Part shown: positions 19,089 through 27,659 of the stretch, piece after piece
Layout: every line of letters begins with the position of its first letter
How positions within the stretch are numbered: the first letter of the stretch is position 1
Virus record (IMG/VR): IMGVR_UViG_3300044953_000572
Location: 1-60,512 of that record
Length of the DNA: 60,512 bases
Reading direction: 5' to 3' (one strand)
Source of the DNA: a virus
Lineage: Duplodnaviria > Caudoviricetes
Made by a program: the position numbers and the translations under genes
Notes under the pieces: model-generated
What the model was told of the DNA's origin: nothing
The model's input: only the letters and a program-made list of their open reading frames with translations
The model's database searches: none

Positions 19089-20115
19089 TGATTGCCACTC
19101 CTTCCGTTTGTTCTTGAATGTAAAACTCTCTCACCTTCATGAAATCCACCCAAGCTTGTTTAGCTTCAAAGTTATCCGCTTCCAGCTTGTCGATAATTCT
19201 CATAGCTTGTTCTTCGGTGAAATCATCGAACTTAGCAACACCAGCTTTAGCGAACCATTTGTTAACTACGTCTTGTGATATCTGGCATTGAGCAACCAAA
19301 AACTTAAGATGATTTCTGGTCTCTTCCTTTACCTTTGGCCCTTGCGGAATTGGATGAACCTGAGCAGCTTTTTGTAACGGGACTTGTTCTTCAGTTAAAA
19401 GCACAGGCTTAGGTGTGAAATGTGCCAATTCTTTCTCATACAACTTTTTAAACACCACGTAAGAAAAATCTATCTTCATGTTGGGCGCTAATGAACCAAT
19501 AGTAGATTTTGTTATGACGGCCTTGTACTTGTAAGTATTATCTTTCTCGTCTTTCTCTATCTTGGCTTCCATCACCACTTCTGAAAAATAATCAAACTTG
19601 TCATAAGCGTCGAAAGTCGTACCAGAAACGCTATCGTCATCCCACACATCTTTAGAATGCGCGGTGATAACGACATTCATATCTAACTGTCTCAGTAAAT
19701 CCACTAAACCCTTAAATTTAGCTTTCGCTTTTTGATAGTCCAAACCAAACGCTATTTTTTGGCCATTGTCAGGTTTGTTACCTAAAAGTTTAGCTCGGCA
19801 TTCCGCTATTGTTTTAGTGTAAATGGGAGTTATCGAATCAATGACTAAAGTTTGATAATCATGCTTGCATGACGCTAATACCTTAATTTCTTTCAACAAC
19901 TCATCAAAACTATCCGTTTGCCAGACTACAGACCCATTTTTATTCAAATGGTCTACGTACAGTTGACGTTTAATACGGCCTTCGCAGTCAATGTAATAAG
20001 CTTTAGGAAACTGCGTAGCGAAAAACGATTTACCACACCCACTCTTACTAAACAAAAATAATTTCAATCTTTGGTCGCATTCGCTCACTGGGCGTCCTCT
20101 TAATTGATTACTCAT
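19081..20115 (-). CDS. AAA_24/Sak4-like phage recombinase (copy 1, with C-terminal extension)
   Basis: LKLFLFSKSGCGKS Walker A, YIDCEG, LVIDSITPIY Walker B, VVITAH. Confidence 0.8.
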   Translation of the reverse strand: MSNQLRGRPVSECDQRLKLFLFSKSGCGKSFFATQFPKAYYIDCEGRIKRQLYVDHLNKNGSVVWQTDSFDELLKEIKVLASCKHDYQTLVIDSITPIYTKTIAECRAKLLGNKPDNGQKIAFGLDYQKAKAKFKGLVDLLRQLDMNVVITAHSKDVWDDDSVSGTTFDAYDKFDYFSEVVMEAKIEKDEKDNTYKYKAVITKSTIGSLAPNMKIDFSYVVFKKLYEKELAHFTPKPVLLTEEQVPLQKAAQVHPIPQGPKVKEETRNHLKFLVAQCQISQDVVNKWFAKAGVAKFDDFTEEQAMRIIDKLEADNFEAKQAWVDFMKVREFYIQEQTEGVAINA

Positions 20116-20345
20116 TGGCATGCTCCTTTGCTGATTAAGTCCAGGGTGTAATCATGCTTGCCAAAGCAAACTTGGCTTAGAAGAGAAATGGGCAAGTTAA
20201 AGGCAAAGCGGTCGCTGTAGTGTGGTCTATGGTTTTCTCGGGCTAACCTGGAAAGGTAAGCCTTGATAAACGCATTCTTGGTTAGTCGGTTGGTTTTGGG
20301 TTGGTCGATCACTTGAAGGTGATCTGATATGCTATCGATAGCCAT
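20112..20345 (-). CDS. Hypothetical first gene of the leftward operon
   Basis: GGAG RBS; stop overlaps the Sak4 start (ATGA). Confidence 0.55.
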   Translation of the reverse strand: MAIDSISDHLQVIDQPKTNRLTKNAFIKAYLSRLARENHRPHYSDRFAFNLPISLLSQVCFGKHDYTLDLISKGACQ

Positions 20346-20426
20346 TTTCTGAACTCCCCTTGTGAGTTTGGTTGTGGTTAGTGGTACCTGAGGTCGTTAC
20401 ACCTCTTGTACCACGGTATATTTATA

Positions 20427-20455
20427 ATATTATTTTAATTATAAATATTAGTCAA
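20427..20455 (-). promoter_or_regulatory. Sigma70-like promoter of the leftward early/tra operon
   Basis: TTGACT-17 nt-TAATAT on the minus strand; ATAATATTAT palindrome overlaps the -10. Confidence 0.55.
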
Positions 20456-20708
20456 TACTTTTTGGTCTCCCAACGATAATTTTTTTTGCCTTCTTTGAAT
20501 ACTCTATTAAAATTTTTTCATTAATGTTCGCAGCTATATCTAACGCAACACGAACAACCGCACTATCGTTTAAAACAACTCTTTTATCTAAACATTTTTC
20601 TTTAATAAGCTGAACATGATTTAAGTCTTCAGAGGTTAAAGCAAAAGCCTTAGCAATAGCTTTTTCTTTTTTGTGTGTTATACCACTGTCTTTTTTCAAG
20701 CTGTACAC
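20448..20708 (-). CDS. Putative RHH-like transcriptional regulator
   Basis: AKAFALTSEDLNHVQLIKEKC...NDSAVVRVAL strand-helix-helix pattern. Confidence 0.5.
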   Translation of the reverse strand: MYSLKKDSGITHKKEKAIAKAFALTSEDLNHVQLIKEKCLDKRVVLNDSAVVRVALDIAANINEKILIEYSKKAKKIIVGRPKSID

Positions 20709-20976
20709 TCCAAATTACCTCTTTAAAATATCACATTAAAAATTTGATCTATTTTTAATAATATTATAAAGTTTCAACTACGACAACATTGTTTTGGGAA
20801 ATATAGAAGGGTAAATCTATGAAGAATTATTAATTAACTGCTACTTAGAAAATTCAAGTACTAAACTACTAACCAAAAAATAACAACCTCAGAAATTGTA
20901 TTTTAGGTTAGTAGACAGGCGGTGTCAACTTTAAAAAAAGTTTGCGCACCACAACATAAAGTGTTTAGGAGAACAC

Positions 20977-22194
20977 ATGTCTACTAATTCCACAGCCCTA
21001 GCTTGCCAGCTAGAAGACTTTAAACAATTAGACAATCTGGCTTTCTACAAAAATCCCCATGGGTACGTAGAAGAAGTTTTAAAGACCCTGCCAGGTTACG
21101 TAGTCGCCACCTACTTTTATCTGCTAGAACAATCCATGAAGAATTATAAAAAGAGAGGGATAGTAGTGCAGTCAGCTGGCATGATAGGAAAAGCAATATT
21201 TAAAAGCGCAAGGACTGTAGAGAGGCATTTATCGCTTTTGAGAAAGGCTGGGTATATAAGAATCGTCCACGCCTACAACAGGCGATACAGAACGAACTAT
21301 ATCGAGGTCATTTGTCCTAAATCGGTTCTTGAAAACTTGCTAAGTGCTAAAAAACCAATCCGCAATTCTTTTGACATATTACCGACACGGACGGCGGGGT
21401 ACACCGACACAGACGGCGGACATAATAATAGAAATATAGATCAACCTAATATTAAAACTAATATTAGAGAAACAAGCTCAGCAGATAACTTGGAACAAGT
21501 GCCTGTAAGCTTTGCCCAGTGCACGCCCAGTGCACGCCCAGTGCGAAATGAAGTGAATGAGACTACCGACCCCTCTTATATTTTTTCTGACGTTCCATGT
21601 GAAACATTTGTGGGTGAGGGCGAGCCTGGGAATTTTAAACCCCTCGAATTCGAGGGAATTAAAAATCCAGCCGAGGTGGCTAGGTTCATTACCAAGGCTG
21701 AACGAACCGAGGTGGTCAAGAAGGTCAAGGCGATGAAGCGAGATGGCGAGATTCATCCCAACGTGCAGGCCAGCTATCAAGACATCATGGTTTTAGTTCA
21801 GCACGTGATAGTACACTGCGTATATCGAAACGTATTGCGCTACAAGAGCTTCAAACACGCCCTAAACGCAGCAGCCAAAGGTCTTCGCAACGGCACCTGG
21901 ACTACGCCTAAGCGAGTACTAGCTGCCGAAACGACTGAACGAGAGCGCCTGGCTAACGAGGCTAAGGAACGGGAACGGCGACAGTGCCTGGATTCCGGCG
22001 TAGGGCGCATGCTAGGCGAGGCTATGAGGCTCACTCATGGGCCGAGCGAGACGGATATTGCTAGACTTAAAGCGGATGTACTTGAGTGTGGCGTAAACTC
22101 GCTTGGACAAAATGCGTCTAGCGAGAACATTGCCAGGCTCAAGGAAATAATCCAAAAAACTGTCGAAGATAAGCAGAAGGGGCTAAAAAGATGA
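20977..22194 (+). CDS. Winged-HTH replication initiator (lambda O/Rep-like)
   Basis: SAGMIGKAIFKSARTVERHLSLLRKAGYI wHTH, RTNYIEV wing, internal iterons, next to parA. Confidence 0.7.
   Translation: MSTNSTALACQLEDFKQLDNLAFYKNPHGYVEEVLKTLPGYVVATYFYLLEQSMKNYKKRGIVVQSAGMIGKAIFKSARTVERHLSLLRKAGYIRIVHAYNRRYRTNYIEVICPKSVLENLLSAKKPIRNSFDILPTRTAGYTDTDGGHNNRNIDQPNIKTNIRETSSADNLEQVPVSFAQCTPSARPVRNEVNETTDPSYIFSDVPCETFVGEGEPGNFKPLEFEGIKNPAEVARFITKAERTEVVKKVKAMKRDGEIHPNVQASYQDIMVLVQHVIVHCVYRNVLRYKSFKHALNAAAKGLRNGTWTTPKRVLAAETTERERLANEAKERERRQCLDSGVGRMLGEAMRLTHGPSETDIARLKADVLECGVNSLGQNASSENIARLKEIIQKTVEDKQKGLKR
21381..21470 (+). repeat. Iteron pair plus AT-rich tract inside rep (candidate origin 1)
   Basis: ACCGACAC(G/A)GACGGCGG at 21381 and 21403 (22-bp period), then an AT-rich stretch. 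Confidence 0.6.
21514..21546 (+). repeat. 11-bp tandem repeat x3 (GCCCAGTGCAC)
   Basis: Directly visible; third copy degenerate; 33 bp keeps the reading frame. Confidence 0.85.
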
Positions 22195-22742
22195 GAGTAC
22201 AACTTACGCTAGAACTTTACGAAACTGCGTGTCAAATTAAAAAAGAGCTGGAAAGATTGTATCCTAACTGCTTTTTCCCAATTGGTTCTGAGAAACCACT
22301 CAAAGTTGGAATCATGGAAGACTTGCTAGATATTAGAGAAACACTAGACATTGACCCAATTCCAACGGAAGAAGGGCTAAAAGCCAGTATTCTAATTTAC
22401 ACTGGTTGCTTATCGTATAGAGTCAATCTTATACGAGAAGGCTCTATGAGAATTGATTTAGAAGGTAATGCGGTTGGCGTTGTTACAGATGATGAAAGGC
22501 TATTCGCTAAAACTAAGCCGTTATTTCCACAATGGAAACTTACACCAGAAGAACTAACTATTTTCCGAGAACAAAGGGAAATAGCTAATACGCTTCGTAG
22601 AGAGCGAAATTTGGCTAATGAGGAAAACTTAAAAGTATCCCAACAACTAAACGACCAGCTAAAGGTCGCATTTGAACAAAATGCCACGCCAGTGAACCCA
22701 AACGCCGATAAACCCAAGCTCAGTCTTAAGATACCAAAATAA
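22191..22742 (+). CDS. ProQ/FinO-domain RNA chaperone
   Basis: YPNCFF, KPLKVGIMEDL, YTGCLSY, RIDLEGNAVGVVT signature. Confidence 0.9.
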   Translation: MRVQLTLELYETACQIKKELERLYPNCFFPIGSEKPLKVGIMEDLLDIRETLDIDPIPTEEGLKASILIYTGCLSYRVNLIREGSMRIDLEGNAVGVVTDDERLFAKTKPLFPQWKLTPEELTIFREQREIANTLRRERNLANEENLKVSQQLNDQLKVAFEQNATPVNPNADKPKLSLKIPK

Positions 22743-22972
22743 TGAAGACATCCGAAATTAAATTCTTCCATGTGCTGTACTACTGTGCACATCGTTCATG
22801 GTCTGTGAAAATTGACGATTGTAGAGAGGCGACTTTCACCAGTCAAAGTAAGGATGAGTGCATAGTAGAAGCCAAGAGGTTGGCCCAGGAGTCTACTGCA
22901 CCTAGGCGTAGGGTGCTGGTGCGGGCGATAAGTGGCGGGATTGTGGAACAGGTGGATTATGGTAACCTGTAA
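22742..22972 (+). CDS. DUF2188-like protein
   Basis: WSVK...ATFTSQSKDECIVEAKRLA...GGIVEQVDYG pattern. Confidence 0.55.
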   Translation: MKTSEIKFFHVLYYCAHRSWSVKIDDCREATFTSQSKDECIVEAKRLAQESTAPRRRVLVRAISGGIVEQVDYGNL

Positions 22973-23000
22973 ACTTGTAAATACGGGAAGCTGTAAATAT
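22961..23000 (+). repeat. Degenerate 8-bp-period repeats upstream of parA (candidate centromere/operator)
   Basis: GGTAACCT GTAAACTT GTAAATAC GGGAAGCT GTAAATAT. Confidence 0.35.
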
Positions 23001-23655
23001 GGCAATAACAATAGGCCTAGTTAATCAAAAGGGTGGGGCGGGAAAGACCACTCTTTCAATATCGCTGGCATTTGAAGGCGCTCTCAGGGGCATTAAAACT
23101 TTGCTGGTGGATGCCGACCCTCAGCAATCCGTCATGGGGTGGCTTCAGGAGAGGGAAACGGAACTTCCGTCCGAAACTTTGGCGGTTACTTCAATGGCTA
23201 GTAAGACTTTACATCGAGATATAAAAAATATTTCAAAGGGTTGGGAGCTAGTCATTATAGACGCCCCGCCAAGGATTACGGATATTACACGGTCGATACT
23301 CTTGGCTTGCGACTTGGTGGTTATTCCATGCTCCCCTTCTGGTCTAGATTCTAAGGCCACATATAACACCTTGGAACTTATTAGAGAAGGCGCCTTATTT
23401 ACTCCTTCCCTTAAAACTGTATTTACAGTTAACCGCAAACCTGTAAATACGGCTATAGGGAAAAGTATTAGAGAGGTTATTTTAAGCTTTGGCGATGACG
23501 TTCGCCTCTTAAACTCCGATATTTCTATGAGGGTCGTATTTGCTGAGGCCTTATCCGCTGGATTATCGATACAAGAAATGGGGTTGGGTAATGAAAAAGC
23601 AAAAGCCGAAATATCTAGCGTATATGAAGAAATCATGAGGGAGTTAGAAACGTGA
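22999..23655 (+). CDS. parA: ParA partition ATPase (type Ib)
   Basis: NQKGGAGKTT, VDADPQQS, IIDAPP; short, no N-terminal HTH. Confidence 0.95.
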   Translation: MAITIGLVNQKGGAGKTTLSISLAFEGALRGIKTLLVDADPQQSVMGWLQERETELPSETLAVTSMASKTLHRDIKNISKGWELVIIDAPPRITDITRSILLACDLVVIPCSPSGLDSKATYNTLELIREGALFTPSLKTVFTVNRKPVNTAIGKSIREVILSFGDDVRLLNSDISMRVVFAEALSAGLSIQEMGLGNEKAKAEISSVYEEIMRELET

Positions 23656-23870
23656 AAAAAGGACAAATAAAACACACTATCAATAAAGCTCCCAAGAACG
23701 CTGAAGAGTGGGTGGGCATAAATAAAAAAGAATTGATTAAGTTAACTGTAGAAATTCCACCGGAGCTTCATAAAAAATTACTAGTTTCGATTGCGTCACA
23801 AACTACAAAGGAGAAACGAGTGTATATAAGAGATATAGTGATAGAAGCATTGGAAGAATATTTGGGGTGA
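23652..23870 (+). CDS. ParG-like RHH centromere-binding protein
   Basis: KLTVEIPPELHKKL...IRDIVIEALEEYL; coupled to parA. Confidence 0.75.
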   Translation: MKKGQIKHTINKAPKNAEEWVGINKKELIKLTVEIPPELHKKLLVSIASQTTKEKRVYIRDIVIEALEEYLG

Positions 23871-23979
23871 TAGGATGACTAAATTTAATCATTGCGCATT
23901 GAATAAAACTGGGAGCCAGGGTTGCGCAGTGCGTATTTTTTAGGTATCTTTTTCTTTCCTTAGATTGTGCTTATATTTT

Positions 23980-24034
23980 ACCCCGCATCCTATCGACTAT
24001 CTCCAACAGTCAACTTCTTGCGGGGTTGTTTTTT
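23980..24034 (+). terminator. Long hairpin plus U-tract (terminator of the rep-proQ-par operon, or a small RNA)
   Basis: ACCCCGCA...TGCGGGGT stem, inner GACT/AGTC stem, then TGTTTTTT. Confidence 0.55.
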
Positions 24035-24043
24035 AGGAATCGC

Positions 24044-24223
24044 ATGTTTACAAATCAAGTTGGCTTAGTCAAAAAAGAAAGTGCGGAACGTATTCGCATA
24101 CGCAGTCAGATTTATAAAACGCTGGATAGTGGATTCGGCCAACGGATAGCTAGTCAGATGTCTTCTAACATCGTTAATACTTTAGAGAATGCTAGAGCCA
24201 GGTTAAGCAAGTTTCAAGGATAG
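24044..24223 (+). CDS. Hypothetical protein
   Basis: AGGA RBS, ATG at 24044, 59 aa. Confidence 0.4.
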   Translation: MFTNQVGLVKKESAERIRIRSQIYKTLDSGFGQRIASQMSSNIVNTLENARARLSKFQG

Positions 24224-24474
24224 CTAAAGTCGTTCAACTACTCACAGCTTCTGTGGATGTATTACCAAACACCATCATTTCTCACATAAGCATTCGCCAT
24301 ATTCCTTCAATTCTGTGTGGTTCCAACATTTGTTGCAGAAGCCTAGGGATTTGAGGTCTTTTTTAATCCTTCTTATTCCTGTCCTTGAGTAAGACACCAT
24401 AATTTTATGATAGCCTAATTTTTGTTGTAGCATAGACAGAATTATTATGTGCCTGCTGGTTAGTGTCTTTGAGA

Positions 24475-24873
24475 TCAGATGTTTTTTTTCAAATCTTCAT
24501 GCCCTAGATGTTCGAGGATTTGGGATTTGAAGATGGTTAAAGCTTCACTCAACGAGTCTCCTTTGATGTGATGGTTTATGGACATCAAGTTTTTGTGGTT
24601 TTTCAACCTATGAAATTTGAATAGATCGAAGACCGAGCTTGCGGAACTAATCAATATTGGCAAGTTTTCGTGACAGTCCAAGATGTCGGCGCCAAAGTCT
24701 AGACCGCTTCCGTCTGGCAGTCCGATATCTAATATGAGAGCGTCAAATTCTTGCTGTTCGCATGCGCTCACCGCTTCTTTGCCATAAGCAAATATGAAAA
24801 GGTCATCTTCTTGCAAAAATGCCTTATATAAATTTTGAATTAATGGATGGTCTTCTAACACTAAAATCTTCAT
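24475..24873 (-). CDS. Response regulator receiver domain (REC); continues in the -1 frame to 24275
   Basis: MKILVLEDH, FDALILDIGLPDGSG, PILISS; AAGGAG RBS before ATG 24873; ends just after an A8 tract. Confidence 0.85.
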   Translation of the reverse strand: MKILVLEDHPLIQNLYKAFLQEDDLFIFAYGKEAVSACEQQEFDALILDIGLPDGSGLDFGADILDCHENLPILISSASSVFDLFKFHRLKNHKNLMSINHHIKGDSLSEALTIFKSQILEHLGHEDLKKNI

Positions 24874-24994
24874 CCGTATCTCCTTGTGATAAAAGTACTG
24901 TATAAAAACCTTGGCCACCGGTGAACCCGATTTATTTTCGCAAATCGGAGAAAACTACTATTTTCCCGATTGCAAAAAAGCTAGAATTTGATTT

Positions 24995-25029
24995 TGCCAG
25001 ATGCCAGATGCCAGATGCCAGATGCCAGA
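24995..25029 (+). repeat. Heptamer tandem repeat (TGCCAGA)x5 with degenerate tail
   Basis: Five perfect copies, then CGCAGATGCGACAG. Confidence 0.95.
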
Positions 25030-25356
25030 CGCAGATGCGACAGTTTTGCGATTTTTTTAGAGGTTTTGAGTATATGATGACTTAAAGATTTTTTGGTTTT
25101 TTTGCTCTTGGCTAAATCAAGAGCTGAAAATAGGAGCTTACTAATTTGCTTGCCGGCGGTTAGTAAGCCCCACCCGTTACCAACTACAGTAAGGAGTTCT
25201 CACGAACATGCTTATATTAGCAAGCCTGCCATCGTATAAAAATAGGTTTTGCCTTTTTTTCAAAAAAATATATTTCATCGAGATCCTTTTCGATACAGCT
25301 TTCCATTAACTTTGTGTCATTTAAATAACATTTAAGTTAACTGGGAGACTATTGAA

Positions 25357-25647
25357 ATGGCTACTTCTTTATCACGCATACCACCTATTTGGTACGCCTT
25401 CGGGTACAAGCCCGTCACCAACAAACCGCATAAGCCTCAAGCGACGCCTGACTATCACACGCTACCGAAAATGCGGGTCGTTCGAGTCGTTGACTTCTTA
25501 TCTTTCGAAAACGCCAGCGCCACCAAGAATCGCGCATTAACTCGAGTTAAGGATTTATCTACCCAAGAGACCTTTAACGTTTACGAGGGACAGCTTTGTT
25601 ATACGGAAGGTGGGGACGCTTATTTATTAAATTTTTTAGGAGAGTAA
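25357..25647 (+). CDS. Hypothetical phage protein
   Basis: GGAG RBS; first ORF of the rightward arm. Confidence 0.6.
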   Translation: MATSLSRIPPIWYAFGYKPVTNKPHKPQATPDYHTLPKMRVVRVVDFLSFENASATKNRALTRVKDLSTQETFNVYEGQLCYTEGGDAYLLNFLGE

Positions 25648-25651
25648 ACGC

Positions 25652-25942
25652 ATGAGTAACGCAACGATAAGTAAGACCATTTTGATTTCAGGGTTAAACA
25701 ATGAAATCGCCAGACGTCTTCTGATTTTGAAAAATAAAATTTTAAGTTGGAATGAACTATCGAGTAACGCTGAAGATGAGATGCAGTATGTTATATGCGT
25801 TTCTAAAGAGATTTTAGAGTTAATGCGCACCAAATCTCAACTGTTAGACAGCAAAGCATATATTTTTAATTTTTCGCTTAAAGATAGCGTTAGCAAAAAA
25901 GCCCCAGTTGAAAATACTAAGAAACCCAAAAGGAAGCGTTAA
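25652..25942 (+). CDS. Hypothetical phage protein
   Basis: AGGAG RBS; TAATG overlap with the next gene. Confidence 0.6.
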   Translation: MSNATISKTILISGLNNEIARRLLILKNKILSWNELSSNAEDEMQYVICVSKEILELMRTKSQLLDSKAYIFNFSLKDSVSKKAPVENTKKPKRKR

Positions 25943-26619
25943 TGCAATTAAGAGGTGTACCACCGAAGGAGACGAGAAGAGGTTTAAAGCTTTTCGTATA
26001 TTCCGAACCTGGCGTAGGAAAGAGTTATTTTTGTTCTCAGTTCAAAGAAGCCTATTACATCGATACTGAAGAAGGGGCCAAGATGTCTAAGTACGTGGAG
26101 AACATTAATAACAATAAAGGCGCCTTATTCTCAACGAGGAAGTTTAACGATTTGGCGCAAGAATTGGTGGCTTTGTCTAACGTAGAGCATCCATATGAAA
26201 CAGTAGTCATCGACTCCATCACTCCCATATATGACGACCTAGTAGAAGAAGAACGGGAACGAATTAAGAAAGAAGGAAGAAAATTCGCAATGTCAGAAGA
26301 ATATAAGGTTGCTAATTCCAGGTTTAAGAAGATGGTTTGGCTGCTACTTGATTTGCCGATGAACGTGGTTATTACCGCACACGCCAAGAAGGAGTATGGA
26401 GAAGCGATGAACGTCATAGGGACGACTTTCGATGGTTATAAAAAATTCGCCTTCATGTTTGATTTAGTCCTTGAAGCCACCGTAAGGAAAGGGAAACGTA
26501 TCGCCATCGTTAAGAAGTCCAGGCTTTTAGATTTAGAGCCAGACCAGGAGTTTGAATTTAGCTTTCAAGAGTTCTCGAAAATTTATAGTAAGGAAATTAG
26601 AAATGTTGAGCCAGCGTGA
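25942..26619 (+). CDS. AAA_24/Sak4-like phage recombinase (copy 2)
   Basis: LKLFVYSEPGVGKS, YIDTEEG, VVIDSITPIY, VVITAH. Confidence 0.85.
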   Translation: MQLRGVPPKETRRGLKLFVYSEPGVGKSYFCSQFKEAYYIDTEEGAKMSKYVENINNNKGALFSTRKFNDLAQELVALSNVEHPYETVVIDSITPIYDDLVEEERERIKKEGRKFAMSEEYKVANSRFKKMVWLLLDLPMNVVITAHAKKEYGEAMNVIGTTFDGYKKFAFMFDLVLEATVRKGKRIAIVKKSRLLDLEPDQEFEFSFQEFSKIYSKEIRNVEPA

Positions 26620-26857
26620 GTTAAAAGAAGAGCTTAGAAATATTAGCAGAACACTCTCAAGCATCGTTTTTGCGGTGGGTAATATTCAGGAAGAAATGGT
26701 TGAAATGGTTCAGGATGTTGTAGAAGAAAAATTAAAAGACGGTGGGATTTTAAAGTGGAAGCTTAGAGCACACGAAGACCAATTAGATATTGTTTTTAGC
26801 CATTATCGTGAACTGATAAGACTTAACTGGGAGAGAAAATTAGATGACCCTATTTGA
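26603..26857 (+). CDS. Hypothetical protein
   Basis: AAGGA RBS, ATG at 26603. Confidence 0.55.
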   Translation: MLSQRELKEELRNISRTLSSIVFAVGNIQEEMVEMVQDVVEEKLKDGGILKWKLRAHEDQLDIVFSHYRELIRLNWERKLDDPI

Positions 26858-27092
26858 GGAAGATAGGCTCAAAAGTTCCATAAATTGTAGGCAGAACCTG
26901 TTGAATTACTTCGAAGTATTTCTCAATGATAGTTATCAGCCGAGAAGCGCAGCTGTGATTTTAGAAGATAAAAAGTCGGTCGAGAATTATTTTGCTCTCA
27001 CAAGTTTAAGGCTAATCGGTATTAGAAATCATTTTATAACGGCGGGGACTAAATGGCAAAAGGAGCGATTATGCGTTGGATTAAGAAAGTAG
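26844..27092 (+). CDS. Hypothetical protein
   Basis: Coupled ORF with GGAG RBS. Confidence 0.5.
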   Translation: MTLFEEDRLKSSINCRQNLLNYFEVFLNDSYQPRSAAVILEDKKSVENYFALTSLRLIGIRNHFITAGTKWQKERLCVGLRK

Positions 27093-27193
27093 AAGCTAGC
27101 TTAAAGAAACAAAAGACCTCATTGCGGTTTGAGTTTTTTAAGGCGTTCGTTTATTTGGGTATTTTTTGGTTTGTTTTAAGTCTTTTAATTTAA
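27071..27193 (+). CDS. Small membrane protein, 40 aa (missed by ORF track)
   Basis: AAGGAG RBS; MRWIKKVEASLKKQKTSLRFEFFKAFVYLGIFWFVLSLLI. Confidence 0.45.
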   Translation: MRWIKKVEASLKKQKTSLRFEFFKAFVYLGIFWFVLSLLI

Positions 27194-27206
27194 GAGGAGA
27201 GTAAAA

Positions 27207-27647
27207 GTGGAACATCAATTGTTAGTTGAAGGCAAGGGCGAATTTGAAATTGATTCAATTTCCGATAGGGACGCTGAAGGAAATTATTATGTCTCAAAAG
27301 CTGGCAACAGAATGATTAAGGCGGTATTGCACGTTAGGGACGCTAATGGCGATTTCGCCGATATCTGGGTCAATATCGTACTTCAAGGGTTGTATAAGCT
27401 TAGAGCTTTGTGCGAAGCGGTGGGAATGCCAGAGGTATATAAGCAATACAAGGTTTATAAGGATGAAACCAAGGGCCAGCGAGCTTTAGAGGGGCTTATC
27501 GGGCAAGAAGGATATTGCGAGTTATTTATCAAGAAAGACGAGCAGTACGGCGATAGGATGGATATTAGGAAGTTTTTGCCCAAAAAACATGAGCCGAAGG
27601 AAGTTTTAGAGCAAATTAAAAAAGAACACGGAGACATCCCTTTTTAA
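27207..27647 (+). CDS. Phage single-stranded DNA-binding protein (DUF669-like)
   Basis: SKAGNRMIK motif, C-terminal DIPF tail, downstream of Sak4. Confidence 0.7.
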   Translation: MEHQLLVEGKGEFEIDSISDRDAEGNYYVSKAGNRMIKAVLHVRDANGDFADIWVNIVLQGLYKLRALCEAVGMPEVYKQYKVYKDETKGQRALEGLIGQEGYCELFIKKDEQYGDRMDIRKFLPKKHEPKEVLEQIKKEHGDIPF

Positions 27648-27659
27648 GGAGAAGTAATT

